A program made the position numbers and the translations under genes. From positions 12,710,001-12,774,000 of the forward strand of contig CATNEN010000038.1 in assembly GCA_950097015.1 (NCBI GenBank): 64,000 nucleotides of DNA, in the 5' to 3' direction. The DNA comes from Macrostomum hystrix. Lineage: Eukaryota > Animalia > Platyhelminthes. Positions 1 to 13,200 of this stretch are shown in pieces (within the stretch, counting starts at the first letter, position 1; every line of letters begins with the position of its first letter). The notes under the pieces are model-generated. The model was not told the DNA's origin. It ran no database searches and saw only the letters and a program-made list of their open reading frames with translations.

Positions 1-289
1 TTATTTTGAATTTTAGTTTTTTTTTGTTTTTGTTTCCTAGAATTTTTGTCAATCGCAAATCAAATGGAAATAAAATGATTGTGTGATTTGCTAACCAAAG
101 CAGTAGCTATTAGCTCGTAAAATAAATCCCTCAATTTATTGTTTTTTGTCTTAACAGGTTTCATCAAAAAAGTACTTCAATGCAGTGTTTTAAAAAAAAA
201 TTTATGGTCGAACTTTTGGGTTTATAGCAAAAATATGTTATCAATACCATTGAATCTAATTGGATAATTGAATTGGATAATATGGATAG

Positions 290-1143
290 TACTTCGATTT
301 CTGCTAGGATTCCAGTGAGGATTTCTGCAAGGATTCCAGTGAGGATTTCTGCTAGGATTCTAGTAAGGATTTCTGCTAGGATTCCAGTAAGGATTTCTGC
401 AAGGATTCCAGTGAGGATTTCTGCTAGGATTCTAGTAAGGATTTCTGCTAGGATTCCAGTAAGGATTTCTGCAAGGATTCCGATCCAGTAAGGATTTCTG
501 CAAGGATTCCAGTGAGGATTTCTGCAAGGATTCCAGTGAGGATTTCTGCTAGGATTCCAGTGAGGATTTCTGCTAGGATTCCAGTGAGGATTTCTGCAAG
601 GATTCCAGTGAGGATTTCTGCAAGGATTCCAGTGAGGATTTCTGCTAGGATTCCAATGAGGATTTCTGCAAGGATTCCAGTAAGGATTTCTGCAAGGATT
701 CCAGTGAGGATTTCTGCTAGGATTCCAGTGAGGATTTCTGCTAGGATTCCAGTGAGGATTTCTGCAAGGATTCCAGTGAGGATTTCTGCAAGGATTCCAG
801 TGAGGATTTCTGCAAGGATTCCAGTGAGGATTTCTGCTAGGATTCCAATGAGGATTTCTGCAAGGATTCCAGTAAGGATTTCTGCAAGGATTCCAGTGAG
901 GATTTCTGCTAGGATTCCAGTGAGGATTTCTGCAAGGATTCCAGTGAGGATTTCTGCTAGGATTCCAGTGAGGCTTTCTGCTAGGATTCCAGTGAGGATT
1001 TCTGCAAGGATTCCAGTAAGGATTTCTGCAATGATTCCGATCCAGTAAGGATTTCTGCAAGGATTCCGATCCAGTAAGGATTTCTGCAAGGATTCCAGTA
1101 AAGATTTCTGCTAGGATTCCAGTAAGGATTTCTGCTAGGATTC
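290..1143. repeat. 24-bp minisatellite (AGGATTCCAGTGAGGATTTCTGCW, two related 12-mers)
   Basis: Tandem array visible directly; explains the periodic 8-aa ORFs in several frames. Confidence 0.95.
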
Positions 1144-1388
1144 CACAAAATAACTAAACACAAGCCCAAGAGGATTGGCCATTTTTCATTGAACCAAAGG
1201 AGCCAATGGGAGTTTTCCTCACAGCATGCATTGATTTAATTCGCATATGCCTTTAGGACCCCCCAATTTGACAAGCTAGAATCCATGCATCTGATTCGGC
1301 CTTTGCGTTTCTGAGTAACTTATCAGATGGCCAGCTGAAGAATAAGTCCAGAATAATAAAACAATCAACTTTGTCACACCAGAACTAA

Positions 1389-1517
1389 ATGGCTTGGATC
1401 AAGTGCTGCTGCGAGACTAAATTTCAAATCTTCATCGCCATCATCACATGCCTGGCTATGGCCATAACAATCTTCATCATCCTTGCCATGGGCGACGTGT
1501 TCAGGTCCTGGTGGTGA
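1389..1517 (+). CDS. Candidate 42-aa single-pass membrane micropeptide (MAWIKCCCETKFQIFIAIITCLAMAITIFIILAMGDVFRSWW)
   Basis: Hand-translated ATG..TGA; CAG acceptor at 1380-1382 just upstream; C-ending codon bias; Cys triplet followed by a hydrophobic helix. Confidence 0.5.
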   Translation: MAWIKCCCETKFQIFIAIITCLAMAITIFIILAMGDVFRSWW

Positions 1518-1529
1518 CGTGGTCATGGT

Positions 1530-2010
1530 AATAGGCGATTTATCAATCAAAGCGGCGACTTATCAATCAAATCGGAAATTTGTCAATCAAAACGGCGATT
1601 CATCAATCAAATCGGCGACTTATAAATCAAACGGCGAAAATCAAATCGGCGATTTATCAACTATTTAGGCGACTCGTCGATTCCATCAGCGAATCATCGA
1701 TCAAACCGGCGACTTATGGATCAAATCGGTGACCATTGATCAAACTGGTGACTCATCGATCAAACTGGTGACTCATCGATCAAACTGGTGACTCATCGAT
1801 CAAACGGGCGACTCATCGATCAAACTGGTGACTCATCGATCAAACTGGTGACTCATTGATCAAACTGGTGACTCGTCGATCAAACTGGTGACTCATCGAT
1901 CAAACTGGTGACTTATCGATCACCAATTTACCAATCACATCGGCGATTTACCTATCAGATCGGCGATTAATCAATCGAGGATTGCTTCGACGATTTAACA
2001 ATCAAACGAG
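1530..2010. repeat. 20-bp minisatellite (ACTCATCGATCAAACTGGTG-like)
   Basis: Tandem array with degenerate edges. Confidence 0.9.
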
Positions 2011-2774
2011 CGACTCGTCTGCCCTAACTCAGCTTTACCCACCGTAGGCCACGCCCAAGAATACAATAGTGCATTCACGCAGCACAAAGCTCCTCGCATT
2101 TCTCTTTGCTGCTCTGAATAGCATCAGAAGAAAACATGTCAATAAATCTACTTTAGTAGATTCCGTATTTATATTATATTACTTATATAATAATGGACAC
2201 TAATAAAGACTAATGAAGAGATAAATTGATTGATAGAAATTGTAGCGTTTAAGCAGACAGACATGACAGAAAAGCGGATATGCTAGTAAATGTACAGGGA
2301 GGAGAGCAGACAGACCTAAACGGTAACAGACAGACAAAACAGAAGTAGGTTAAACAGTGATTTAGCAACTATTTTAATTATAGCTAAAACATGCGACCTG
2401 AGGTCAGAATAACGTTTCAAAGCTACACGTAAACCGATTTATGATAGGTTTTATCATTATCTTTGTCTAGTTGTAGTCAACAACAAAGACTGCATCATTT
2501 TGTGTTCAACTAAAATCTCATATTTGTATTTGTATATTTATATATTATTAATTAATTAATAAGCTAGGGCTAAAGTTCTGTGTTTGCTAGCAAAAAAGGG
2601 ATATGCGAAAACAAAGAGTCTGGACCGTTTAGCGCAGCAAAAGACAACGACTGCTCAGCACAGCAAGAAAGGAAACGGTGTAGCCTAACACCCGCCGAGC
2701 AGAAACGAAGATTTTCAGCGAATAAAACTTCAGGACTTAAAAAACTCACTGCCAGGACTAGTAATCCACTTTCA

Positions 2775-3300
2775 AAGCTATCAATCAATAGCCGAATCTA
2801 ACAATCAATAACCGAAGCTATCAATCAATAACCGAAGCTATCAATCAATAACCGAAGCTATCAATCAATAACCGAAACTATCAATCAATAACCGAAGCTA
2901 TCAATTAATGACCGAGGCTATCAATACCTGAAGCTATCAATCAATACCCAAAGCTATCAATCAATACCCGAAGCTATTGATCAATACCCGTAGCTGTCAA
3001 TCAATAACCGAAGCTATTAATTAATACCCGAAGCTATCAATCAATGACCGAAGCTATCAATACCCGAAGCTATCAATCAATGACCGAAGCTATCAATCAA
3101 TAACCGAATCTATCAATCAATAACCAAAGCTATCAAATAATTCCCGAAGCTATCAATCAATGACCGAAGCTATCACTAGCCGAAGCTATCAATCAATACC
3201 CGAAGCAATTAATCAATGACCAAAGCTATCAATACCCGCAGCTATCAATCTATCAATAGCTAGAGCAAAGAATTAAAGACCGAAGCTATCAATCAAAACC
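2775..3300. repeat. ~20-bp minisatellite (ACCGAAGCTATCAATCAATA)
   Basis: Tandem array. Confidence 0.9.
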
Positions 3301-3824
3301 CAGACGAAAATGAAAACCTAACGCGTGACGAAAAAGTAAGAAAAAGAGTGTATGTATTAATTTTTTGAAAGCCAAGTTAAAGACAAACAGAAGCAGGGTG
3401 AGCAGAGAATCAATCAATCACTGATGCCAGGCTAAGATGCAGTTGCTAGCTTATCAGTTAGCGCAGGGGGTGGTTAAATTTGAGGCAGATAAGGCGTCGG
3501 GGGAGGGGGCAGTTTAAAAAGTGCAAAACAGTACGCTGCAAAGTAAATAAACGATAATATTTGTCTACTTCAGACAGAAAATGTGACGCCTAGAACACAA
3601 AATGGCAGCCTACTCAGATAGCACACAGGGGAACTAATTCTAAGCCAATCAATGCTAGGCGGATACGAAATAAGATCTAAGGCGAGGCAAAACTCTGTCA
3701 GGTTTTAGCTTTTATTTTTCTGCTTTTTTGCTGGACAGTTTGTAAGTTAATATAAAGAGAGCATCTGATTTTACACAAAATATATAAGCAATAAGTCCAT
3801 GTCCAATTTGGTTGCCAGGGAAGC

Positions 3825-4019
3825 TCAGATGGGCAGTTCAAATTTAACGTCCACAGCGGCGTCCTTTGCAAGAGTGACAATGTTGGCCAGCTTGACCGCC
3901 TGGGAGGCAAGGAAGGAGAGTAAAATTTAGCTTGAGAATTAATTCGGTTGTTTGTAGCTTAATTAGTGGAATTTGTCATTAAAGTACATGCATAACGACC
4001 AGATGAATGAAATGAAGAC

Positions 4020-4116
<97 letters not shown>

Positions 4117-4131
4117 GACAGACAGACAGAC

Positions 4132-4204
<73 letters not shown>

Positions 4205-7200
4205 GACAGACAGACAGACAGACAGACAGAGACAGACAGACAGACAGACAGACAGATAGAAAGACAGATAGACAGGTAGGAGAAATACTACAAGTATTAA
4301 TTGTCCCGTTAATTACCTGAGTCGAGTGAGGCAAGAAGTCAATTAGACAGAAATTTAACGAATAGCAAAGCAAATAGAAGAGAGAAAACAGTGCAAGAAG
4401 TGGAAGAGCAGCGTTGTAAGGCAAGAAAGCAATTTATTAGGAAAGCAGGCACACACACACACACACAAGCAGGCTACATTGAGCACACGCAAGACTCAAT
4501 CAATTATGACGAAGCATCTAAAAAAAGCCATCGCTCATAGGGGCGGGTCGGCCGTTAGCAAATATTGCAAGGCAAACGAACAGTTCCTAGAAGTGCTGCC
4601 ACACCTGTCAGCCTGTGGTCGGTCGGTGGGTCGATTCTCAGACCACAGCTAATCAGTCTTCTTTCCCAGCTAGAAGGGCCTGTTTGAGTTAGTGAGCAGC
4701 CTTGAGCATAATTCCGCTAGCTAGTGTAGACTTTACACCATCTTTATGCAAGCTCACGAACCGCTTATGACTGAGGGGAAAATATGGAGTAGTAACTCAG
4801 TGAGCTTGACGTCTCCCTCTAAAACCCAGGCCGCTGCAGGTATTCGATTATTTTCTTTGGCAGACAATTTATTATTAATTTTTAAGCGAAGGCTGTCGAC
4901 CGCATCGAGAAATCGATTCTGTTTTGAGGCGTCTTTTAGGCAGTCAAATAAATGTTTTGGGATAAGGGAAGACTAAGGGACACTTGGAGAAAAGCATGCA
5001 GGCCTCTTTTAGGTGGACAGAAAGGAGAAAGGGAAATAGAAGAGAGATGAGACAAGGTGAGAGTGGAAAGGTGAGACAGGAGAGTATAGAGATGAGACAG
5101 GAAGAGAGAACGGAGATGGGTAGAGAAAAAGGGATATGAGACAGAGTGAGAGTAGAAATGAGATGGAGAGAAATAAGAGACTCAGAGATAAAACAGGGAA
5201 AGAGAAGAGATTAGACAGGGAAAGAGAAGAGATTAGACAGGGAGAGAAGAGATTAGACAGGGGAGATCAGGAAGGGATAGGGAGGGTAATAATAATAATA
5301 ATTGCAGGAGGGCTGCGGGCAATGACACATAGTTTGGTGACACTAGACCCGCAGCCAGCGAGGAGGCAATTCTGCCCATTTCGCTGACTCCTGAGCACAC
5401 ACGCACACAGATACCGTACGCAGGCATACGCTCACACAGCTGTGTACATCTGCCCTGACTTTCTCATCGTCAGGCAGTGTACACTCGAACTGTGCCTTGG
5501 AGGTTGGCCCTCAAGGGCGTAAATTGCACGACAAGCCCCCAAGCCTTCTCTCCGCGGCTGCGCCCCAAATAAATGTGGCCTCGCCGTGGAATCGAACTTA
5601 GGGACTGTGGTGCGAGTGGCAAACGCGTTAACCGCTCTGCCACCGACCCCCCGATAGGGAGGGTAGGGAGGAATCAAAATTGGAGTGATGAGGGGAGATT
5701 GGAAGGCAGTTGAAACAATGGCAGCGCAACTGCGGACCAGGGCAAAGCTGATTATCGCGGCTAGGAAAGAATCGATTGACAGTGGCAGATCGATAACTGC
5801 CCCGCTAAATAATTCAAATCTGGCTTGATAGGAAACCGAAAGAAAAGCCAAGCTGAAATATTTCGCATGCAGTCAGCCATACATTTGTGGCTTCTAGGCA
5901 TGATTAAAAATAAAACATTAAACATTTTTAATCACTGCCGACAAACCCTCATGGGGAAGGTTTGAACATGGGCGAGACTGCTGCTAATGCTCAGTTGCCT
6001 TAAAATCCATTCCTATGACCTACTAAATTGCTCATAATAAAATTGAGCTATCTGTTTCAAAACTGGGAAACGGTCACAAAATCAGGAAAACCATCGAGAG
6101 CTGATGAATCGGTCATCAAGAACTGGGGAATCGGTCATCGAGAGCTGAGGAAACGGTCATCAAGAACTGAGGAATCAGTCATCAAGAACTGGGGAATCGG
6201 TCATCAAGAACTGGGGAATCGGTCATCGAGAGCTGAGGAATCGGTCATCAAGAACTGAGGAATCGGTCATCAAGAGCTGAGGAATCGGTCATCAAGAACT
6301 GAAGAATCAGTCAACAATAACTGGGTAATCGGTCATCGAGAGCTGAGGAATCGGTCATCAAGAACTGAGGAATCGGTCATCAAGAGCTGAGGAATCGGTC
6401 ATCAAGAACTGAGGAATCAGTCAACAATAACTGGGTAATCGGTCATCGAGAGCTGAGGAATCGGTCATCAAGAACTGAGGAATCGGTCATCAAGAGCTGA
6501 GGAATCGGTCATCAAGAACTGAGGAATCGGTCATCAAGAACTGAAGAATCAGTCAACAATAACTGGGTAATCGGTCATCGAGAGCTGAGGAATCGGTCAT
6601 CAAGAACTGAGGAATCGGTCATCAAGAGCTGAGGAATCGGTCATCAAGAACTGAGGAATCAGTCAACAATAACTGGGTAATCGGTCATCGAGAGCTGAGG
6701 AATCGGTCATCAAGAACTGAGGAATCGGTCATCAAGAGCTGAGGAATCGGTCATCAAGAACTGAGGAATCAGTCAACAATAACTGGGGAATCGGTCATCG
6801 AGAGCTGAGGAATCGGTCATCAAGAACTGAGGAATCGGTCATCAAGAACTGAGGAATCAGTCAACAATAACTGGGTAATCGGTCATCAAGAACTGTGGAA
6901 TCGGTCATCAAGAACTGAGGAATCGGTCATCAAGAACTGGGTAATCGGTCATCAAGAACTGTCAAATCGGTCATCAAAGAGCAATTGGTCATCAAGAATT
7001 GAGCAATCGGTCATCAAGAACTGAGGAATCGGTCATCAAGAACTGAGGAATCGGTCATCAAGAGCTGATGGTAATTGATTGACTGACCATCTTGGCCGCA
7101 TCTTCCAGATTGTCGCAGGCCAGAATTCGCATGCCGCTAGCTGAAATGAGCGCCTTAGCATCGTCAACCTGGGTGCCCTGCAGCCGGACAACTATTGGCA

Positions 7201-10200
7201 TGCGCAATTTGAGCTCCTTGGCAGCGGCTATGATGCCCTGAGCAATCACATCGCAGCGCATGATGCCGCCAAATATGTTGACAAGGATGGCGTTAACTGC
7301 CGGATCGCTGGTGATGATACGGAAGGCCTCGGTCACCTGACAGGTGTGAGGGTTAGTCTGTTGCACCTATTTGCACCATATATAAATTATCATAATATTA
7401 TCAAAATTATCAGTATATCATAAATTTTATTCGACATATGCGTGGCAAACGTTGTGAATCACGTGCTCTGATTACAGTAGCGAATGCACTTTAATTTATC
7501 GTCTTTTGAGCCCTTGCCCACTCAACTCTCGTGACTGGCTATCCCCCCATATCCTGCTGTCACCCACCCCCCGCCGACACCATTTCCTTCTTACCACCCA
7601 GCTCTAGTGATTGGCTGTACTGCCTCACCTGCCGACACTCACCCCAGCCGACACTCTTACCTTCTACCCACCCGACTCTTATGATTGGCTGTCCCCACTC
7701 TCCTCCCGTCACCTACCCGCCAGCACACTTAGCCCGTGCGCATTTTCATGCAAGCCTTATATGCTAGTAAGTTGACGCACACAAATGACACAAACCAAGT
7801 GAATAAATCTAAGAAAAAAGTCTAAACCTGATTAGCTGTGGCGCCGCCGCCAACGTCCAGAAAGTTGGCCGGAGCTCCGCCGTGCAGCTTGATGATGTCC
7901 ATGGTGGCCATCGCTAAGCCGGCGCCGTTCACGAGGCAGCCGATGTTGCCATCCAGGGCGATATAGTTCAGGCCGGCCTTCTCGGCAGCCACGTCGCGCT
8001 CGTCTTCCTGGCTCCAGTCGCGCAGGGCGAAGATCTCCTTCTGACGATACTCAGAATTGGCGTCAAAGTTCATCTTGCAGTCCATGCAAAGCACTGCCGG
8101 AGCGGGAACGGGTTACAAGATGGTCATCGACTCATTGTGCTGATTGCGCTCAAGAACTTTAGTCATAAGTAACGAAGTCATTTGATAATTAAAATGAATC
8201 ATGGTATCTTAGAAAATCTGTCACTGTAAACTTTTTGGTTGGAAACTTGTATTGTTAGTTGGCTGTTGAGTCACAAAACTGTCACAGGGAGCTGAGGAAA
8301 CCGGTCACAGGGAGCTGAGGAAACCGGTCATAGGGAGCTGAGGAAACCGGTCATAGGGAGCTGAGGAAACCGGTCATAGGGAGCTGAGGAAACCGGTCAT
8401 AGGGAGCTGAGGAAACCGGTCATAGGAACTAAGGATATAGGTCATTGGGAACAAAGGATATATGCCATTGGGAACAAAGGATATAGGCCATTGGGAACAA
8501 AGGATATAGGCCATTGGGAACAAAGGATATATGCCATTGGGAACAAAGGATATAGGTCATTGGGAACAAAGGATATAGGTCATTGGGAACAAAGGATATC
8601 GGTCATTGGGAACAAAGGATATCGGTCATTGGGAACAAATGATATAGGTCATTGGGAACAAAGGATATCGGTCTTTGGGAACAAAGGATATAGGTCATTG
8701 GGAACAAAGGATATAGGTCATTGGGAACAAAGGATATAGGTCATTGGGAACAAAGGATATCGGTCATTGGGAACAAAGGATATCGGTCATTGGGAACAAA
8801 GGATATAGGTCATTGGGAACAAAGGATATCGGTCATTGGGAACAAAGGATATCGGTCATTGGGAACAAAGGATATAGGTCATTGGGAACAAAGGATATAG
8901 GTCATTGGGAACAAAGGATATCGGTCATCCGATTCAAAAATTTCTGATAAAAAGTAAGACCGAAGACAGTCTTACCCTTGCCGTCAGTATCCTCAGCGAT
9001 AGGATTAATCTCGATTAAGGTGGAGTCAGACTTGATGAACAGGTCGTACAATTTCATGATGTACTGAGCAGCCTCTCTGCTCTGCTGTTCGCCTGTGAAG
9101 CCAATCTTAATAGCCATATCCCTAGCCAATGCCTCATTGATGCCTGTCTCAATGTCCACCGGCACTGTAATAATAGCCTCGGGATTCTCTTTAGCCACCT
9201 GTTCAATGTTGACGCCGCCCTGGGAGCTGCCAATCAGCACAGGGCCTCGGTGCTTCCTGTCCATTGTGATAGCAAAGTAGAATTCGCGCCTGGAATACTT
9301 GCGCTCGCAGACCATCACGGTTGAGCAGGTCTGGCCAGCTTCTCCCGTCTGCTTGGTGAAGATTTTGTGGCCCAGCATCTTGGAGGAGACGTCGCGAGCT
9401 TCTTCGGCGTTGAATACAATCTTGACACCGCCCTTCAGGCCGCTGTTCCAGAAGCCTTTGCCGCGGCCGCCAGCCAGCACCTGGGCCTTCACGACAACAT
9501 CAGCCTGCTTCTGATCCTTGGCTGTTCGTGCGGAGAATATTAAGAGGGGCAAGTGAGGATTAGGAAAAAAATTTGGAGCGATCCCAAATCCGATGCTTTA
9601 CTATGGCATAGTCCATTGCGAAATATAATTAATTTAGGATAAAATACATCCACTAGATAGACATTGATTCATTCAGTTGCAGAGCAGAGACAGAGACACT
9701 GAGAGAGGGAGACTGAGATGGAGAGACTGGGAGAGGGAGACTGAGATGGAGACACTGAGAGAGGGAGACTGAGATGGAGACACTGAGAGAGGGAGACTGA
9801 GATGGAGACACTGAGAGAGGGAGACTGAGATGGAGACACTGAGAGAGGGAGACTGAGATGGAGAGACTGAGAGAGGGAGACTGAGATGGAGACACTGAGA
9901 GATGGAGACACTGGGAGAGGGAGACTGAGATGGAGACACTGAGAGATGGAGACACTGGGAGAGGGAGACTGAGATGGAGACACTGAGGGAGAGAGACTGA
10001 GATGGAGACACTGAGAGATGGAGACACTGGGAGAGGGAGACTGAGATGGAGACACTGAGAGAGAGAGACTGAGATGGAGACACTGAGAGATGGAGACACT
10101 GGGAGAGGGAGACTGAGATGGAGACACTGAGATTGATGGTCCAACGAAGGACAAATCATGCGTGCTTTGTTAGCTCAATGGTGCAGCAGATGTCTGTGCG

Positions 10201-13200
10201 ACACTGGGTTGCGTAAGTTTTTTTATACTAACTAATGTGGGTGAGTGGCAGAACGGTCTAGCGCATTTGAGGTTCTCTTGTTCGATTCCGCAGCGAGGCC
10301 ACATTCATTTGGGGCGCAGCCGCGGAGAGAAGGCTTGGGGGCTTGTCGTGCAATTTACGCCTATGAGACCCAACCTTCAAGGCACAGTGAGAGTGTACAC
10401 TGCCTGACGATGAGAAAGTCAGGGCAGATGTACACACCTGTGTGCGTGTATGCTCGGGAGTTTGCGAAATGTGTATTCATCTCCTCGCTGGCTACGGGTC
10501 TATTGTCACTAAATGATGTGCCATTGCCTGCAGCCCTCATGCAAATTATATTATTAAGACTAGGCTCTAGTTAATAACCAATCCAACTAAAGCCTCAATT
10601 CTGATAAATTTTTAGGTAATCATTAAAGAAAAAGCTGTTAAAAATTACTTAATTAGCAATTTCAAGTGCACTTTAACACAAACGTGAGTCATGTCTCACG
10701 TGTTAAAAGAATTACTTCCGTTTCATTCTAAATTACAAATTATGCATTTCTGTTAGTTAGAAAATACTGGCAAAATTTAATTTACGAGCTCGTATCAATC
10801 TGTGCTAACGATTTACACTACTGTTAGTAGCAATTTTATACTCTAAAAAATAACAACAAAATGTTAAATAGTTCATTTTAAGCGACAAAATCTAAGTCAT
10901 ATTATCCAAATCAGACAAAGCGAAAGAATGGCATATGGATTTGTACGTTACATTTGATTGTCTCCACTAGATTTCGTTTTTTGTTTAAGAAGGGAGAGAA
11001 TGGCGGAGCAATAAAACAAAGTGAATTCCTAGCAATAATCTAGGCAAGTGATTATACCCTGTAAACAATTCGGCTGCTTCTTCGGCGGGTTTTTTGTGCA
11101 AAATAGGAGTGGAATCTACCAAAATCCCCCTATCTCGCAAGAGTTAAAGAAACCACCCAGGAAGCAGCCGATGTAACCGTAAATTGTGCGGAAACCGCCG
11201 AAGAATCACCCGAACCAGTGGCCCATGGGACAACCAAAGAATTATTTACGGGCGATTCCTCGGCGGTTTCTGAGCATGGAATCTTCCGAACTGGAGGATT
11301 CTTTGGGTGATTCCATTTCGCCACCAAGAAGCACCGAGAAAACGCCCAGTTGGGTAGATTCTAAGCATGGAATCATCCGATTGGTATGTTTCCAGCGTTC
11401 GGCTGTTTCTTTTTCTGGAAACACCGCAGATTCCAACTGGAATCAGCCAAAGAAACATCCCTATTTTTTAGCGGGTAGGTAAAAACGGTAAATGCCTGCT
11501 GCCTTTAAATCCTTATATTCAACTTAAAAAACTGTTTAGGAGCATAGCAACTTTTATTTTTGTTACAATTATAATGCAATGTACATAAACTAAGCTATAA
11601 AATTTTAGCAAACTCACAAACAAGTAATGACTATAATTTTGATATTATAACTCTTAAATAAAATCAATCTACTCACCCAGTTCCTGAGCCATCTGGTAAA
11701 CCTGGGCGCTAGTCTTGGCTACACCAAACTTTGGCACAGCAATGCCACTCTTCTGCAGCAGACCCATGGCCATGTATTCGTGAATGGAGAAAAGCCGTTT
11801 GGCCTGGCTGTATGCATCCTAAAATGATTTTTTACTACTGATTTGTTATTGTCTGTCACTAACTGCACTACTAATAGTAGGCTAAATAGAAGTTACTTTT
11901 AGAATGATCAAACTCGCAGGCGATGTTTCTGTGATTATGTGCAAAAAAGAAAACTAACTGCTATTGCCTAAAGAGTACAGTAACATTGGAAAGCAAGATG
12001 TACACATAATACTATTAGCTACAAGGGTATTTGGTATTTGCTTCAGATTACCATATTAATGGGATAATTAAAAAACATTTTCTATCATGCTAAGTGAATT
12101 GTCCATTATAAATTAGCACTTTTTATTAGTAGTGAAAACAAAGAGCACTATAGTTCTAATTGATACTGCATAGTTTTTATAGCAAATCTGTCTTCAGTTT
12201 ATATATATCACATACAAAATAAATAACAATGTACAATCAATCAGATTCTGCTAAATTAAGAATAAAGTTTGTACCTAACAGAAATCTAATATAATATCAA
12301 CCAGTATTTTTCTCACAAAGTTTCTGCTAAAAAATTCTATAATATACTTTATTTAAGAAGCTAGAACCTTTAAAGGCCCTAGGGTAAAAACTGCCAAAAC
12401 CAAAATGAGTTAGGATTATTATAAGCATTTGGTCAAATACCATTACTTGCAATGCCAAATATTTTCCCTAAGTTCTCAGGTTCTGTCACTTGGGAATTAG
12501 ATGTTAGCTAGCTAAATGTATATTCCTTAGCTAAATAAGAATTTTTAGGGAAACCAGGATATTATCAAGAAAGTAAATAAGGTCAGAGGCACCTAATTAT
12601 ATATATTTTATTACTATTACTTGGCCTGTGACGACCTGTCAGTCTAGGCCTACTGAGTCTGGATCACTCTGGCCATTTTCCAGAATAAATTTGACATACT
12701 TTCTTCATTTTGCCTAATTATGCCAAGGGCAGGGAAACTGGCCCCAAAGCTTTATGCCAAATTATACCAATCAGAAAAGGATGCCCAGAATTTCAACAAA
12801 TTGTGCTAACTGTTTAGCTTAGAAAAGTGTTTTAAACAGATGTTTCTTTTTAAAGAACAAAAATGTAACAAAATAATAAACTTGCGCAATGTTTTACATC
12901 TGTGATTTATTAGCTGTAACAAAGAGCATAAACTGGATCCTAGACACTTTGTCATCTTACAACTTTGTCATTCACTTGGAAGGTAGGACACTTCATCATT
13001 CAGCAAATCGGCATGCTTTAAAGTTTGGTCAGTTCATCATCTACTAATAACAAGCAGTCAAGTTCGTCATCAATAAAGTGAGGGGGGATGGTGGGGCAGA
13101 GGTGTGAACACACTTCACACTCTAAATTGTCAAAAAGAGGTGTCAAAACTGATTTCATTATAAGAGTTGAAAGATAGGTGCCAACACAATGTGAGGAGGG

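Noticed and set aside
164-1169. Long periodic ORFs (NPHWNPCR, ILAEILTG)
   Set aside because: Translation of a 24-bp minisatellite that is open in several frames
5432-5851. 139-aa ORF sharing peptide with ORF 10245-10574
   Set aside because: The similarity comes from SINE family A copies
9653-10159. Ser/Pro/Leu-rich ORFs
   Set aside because: Translation of a GA-rich intronic minisatellite
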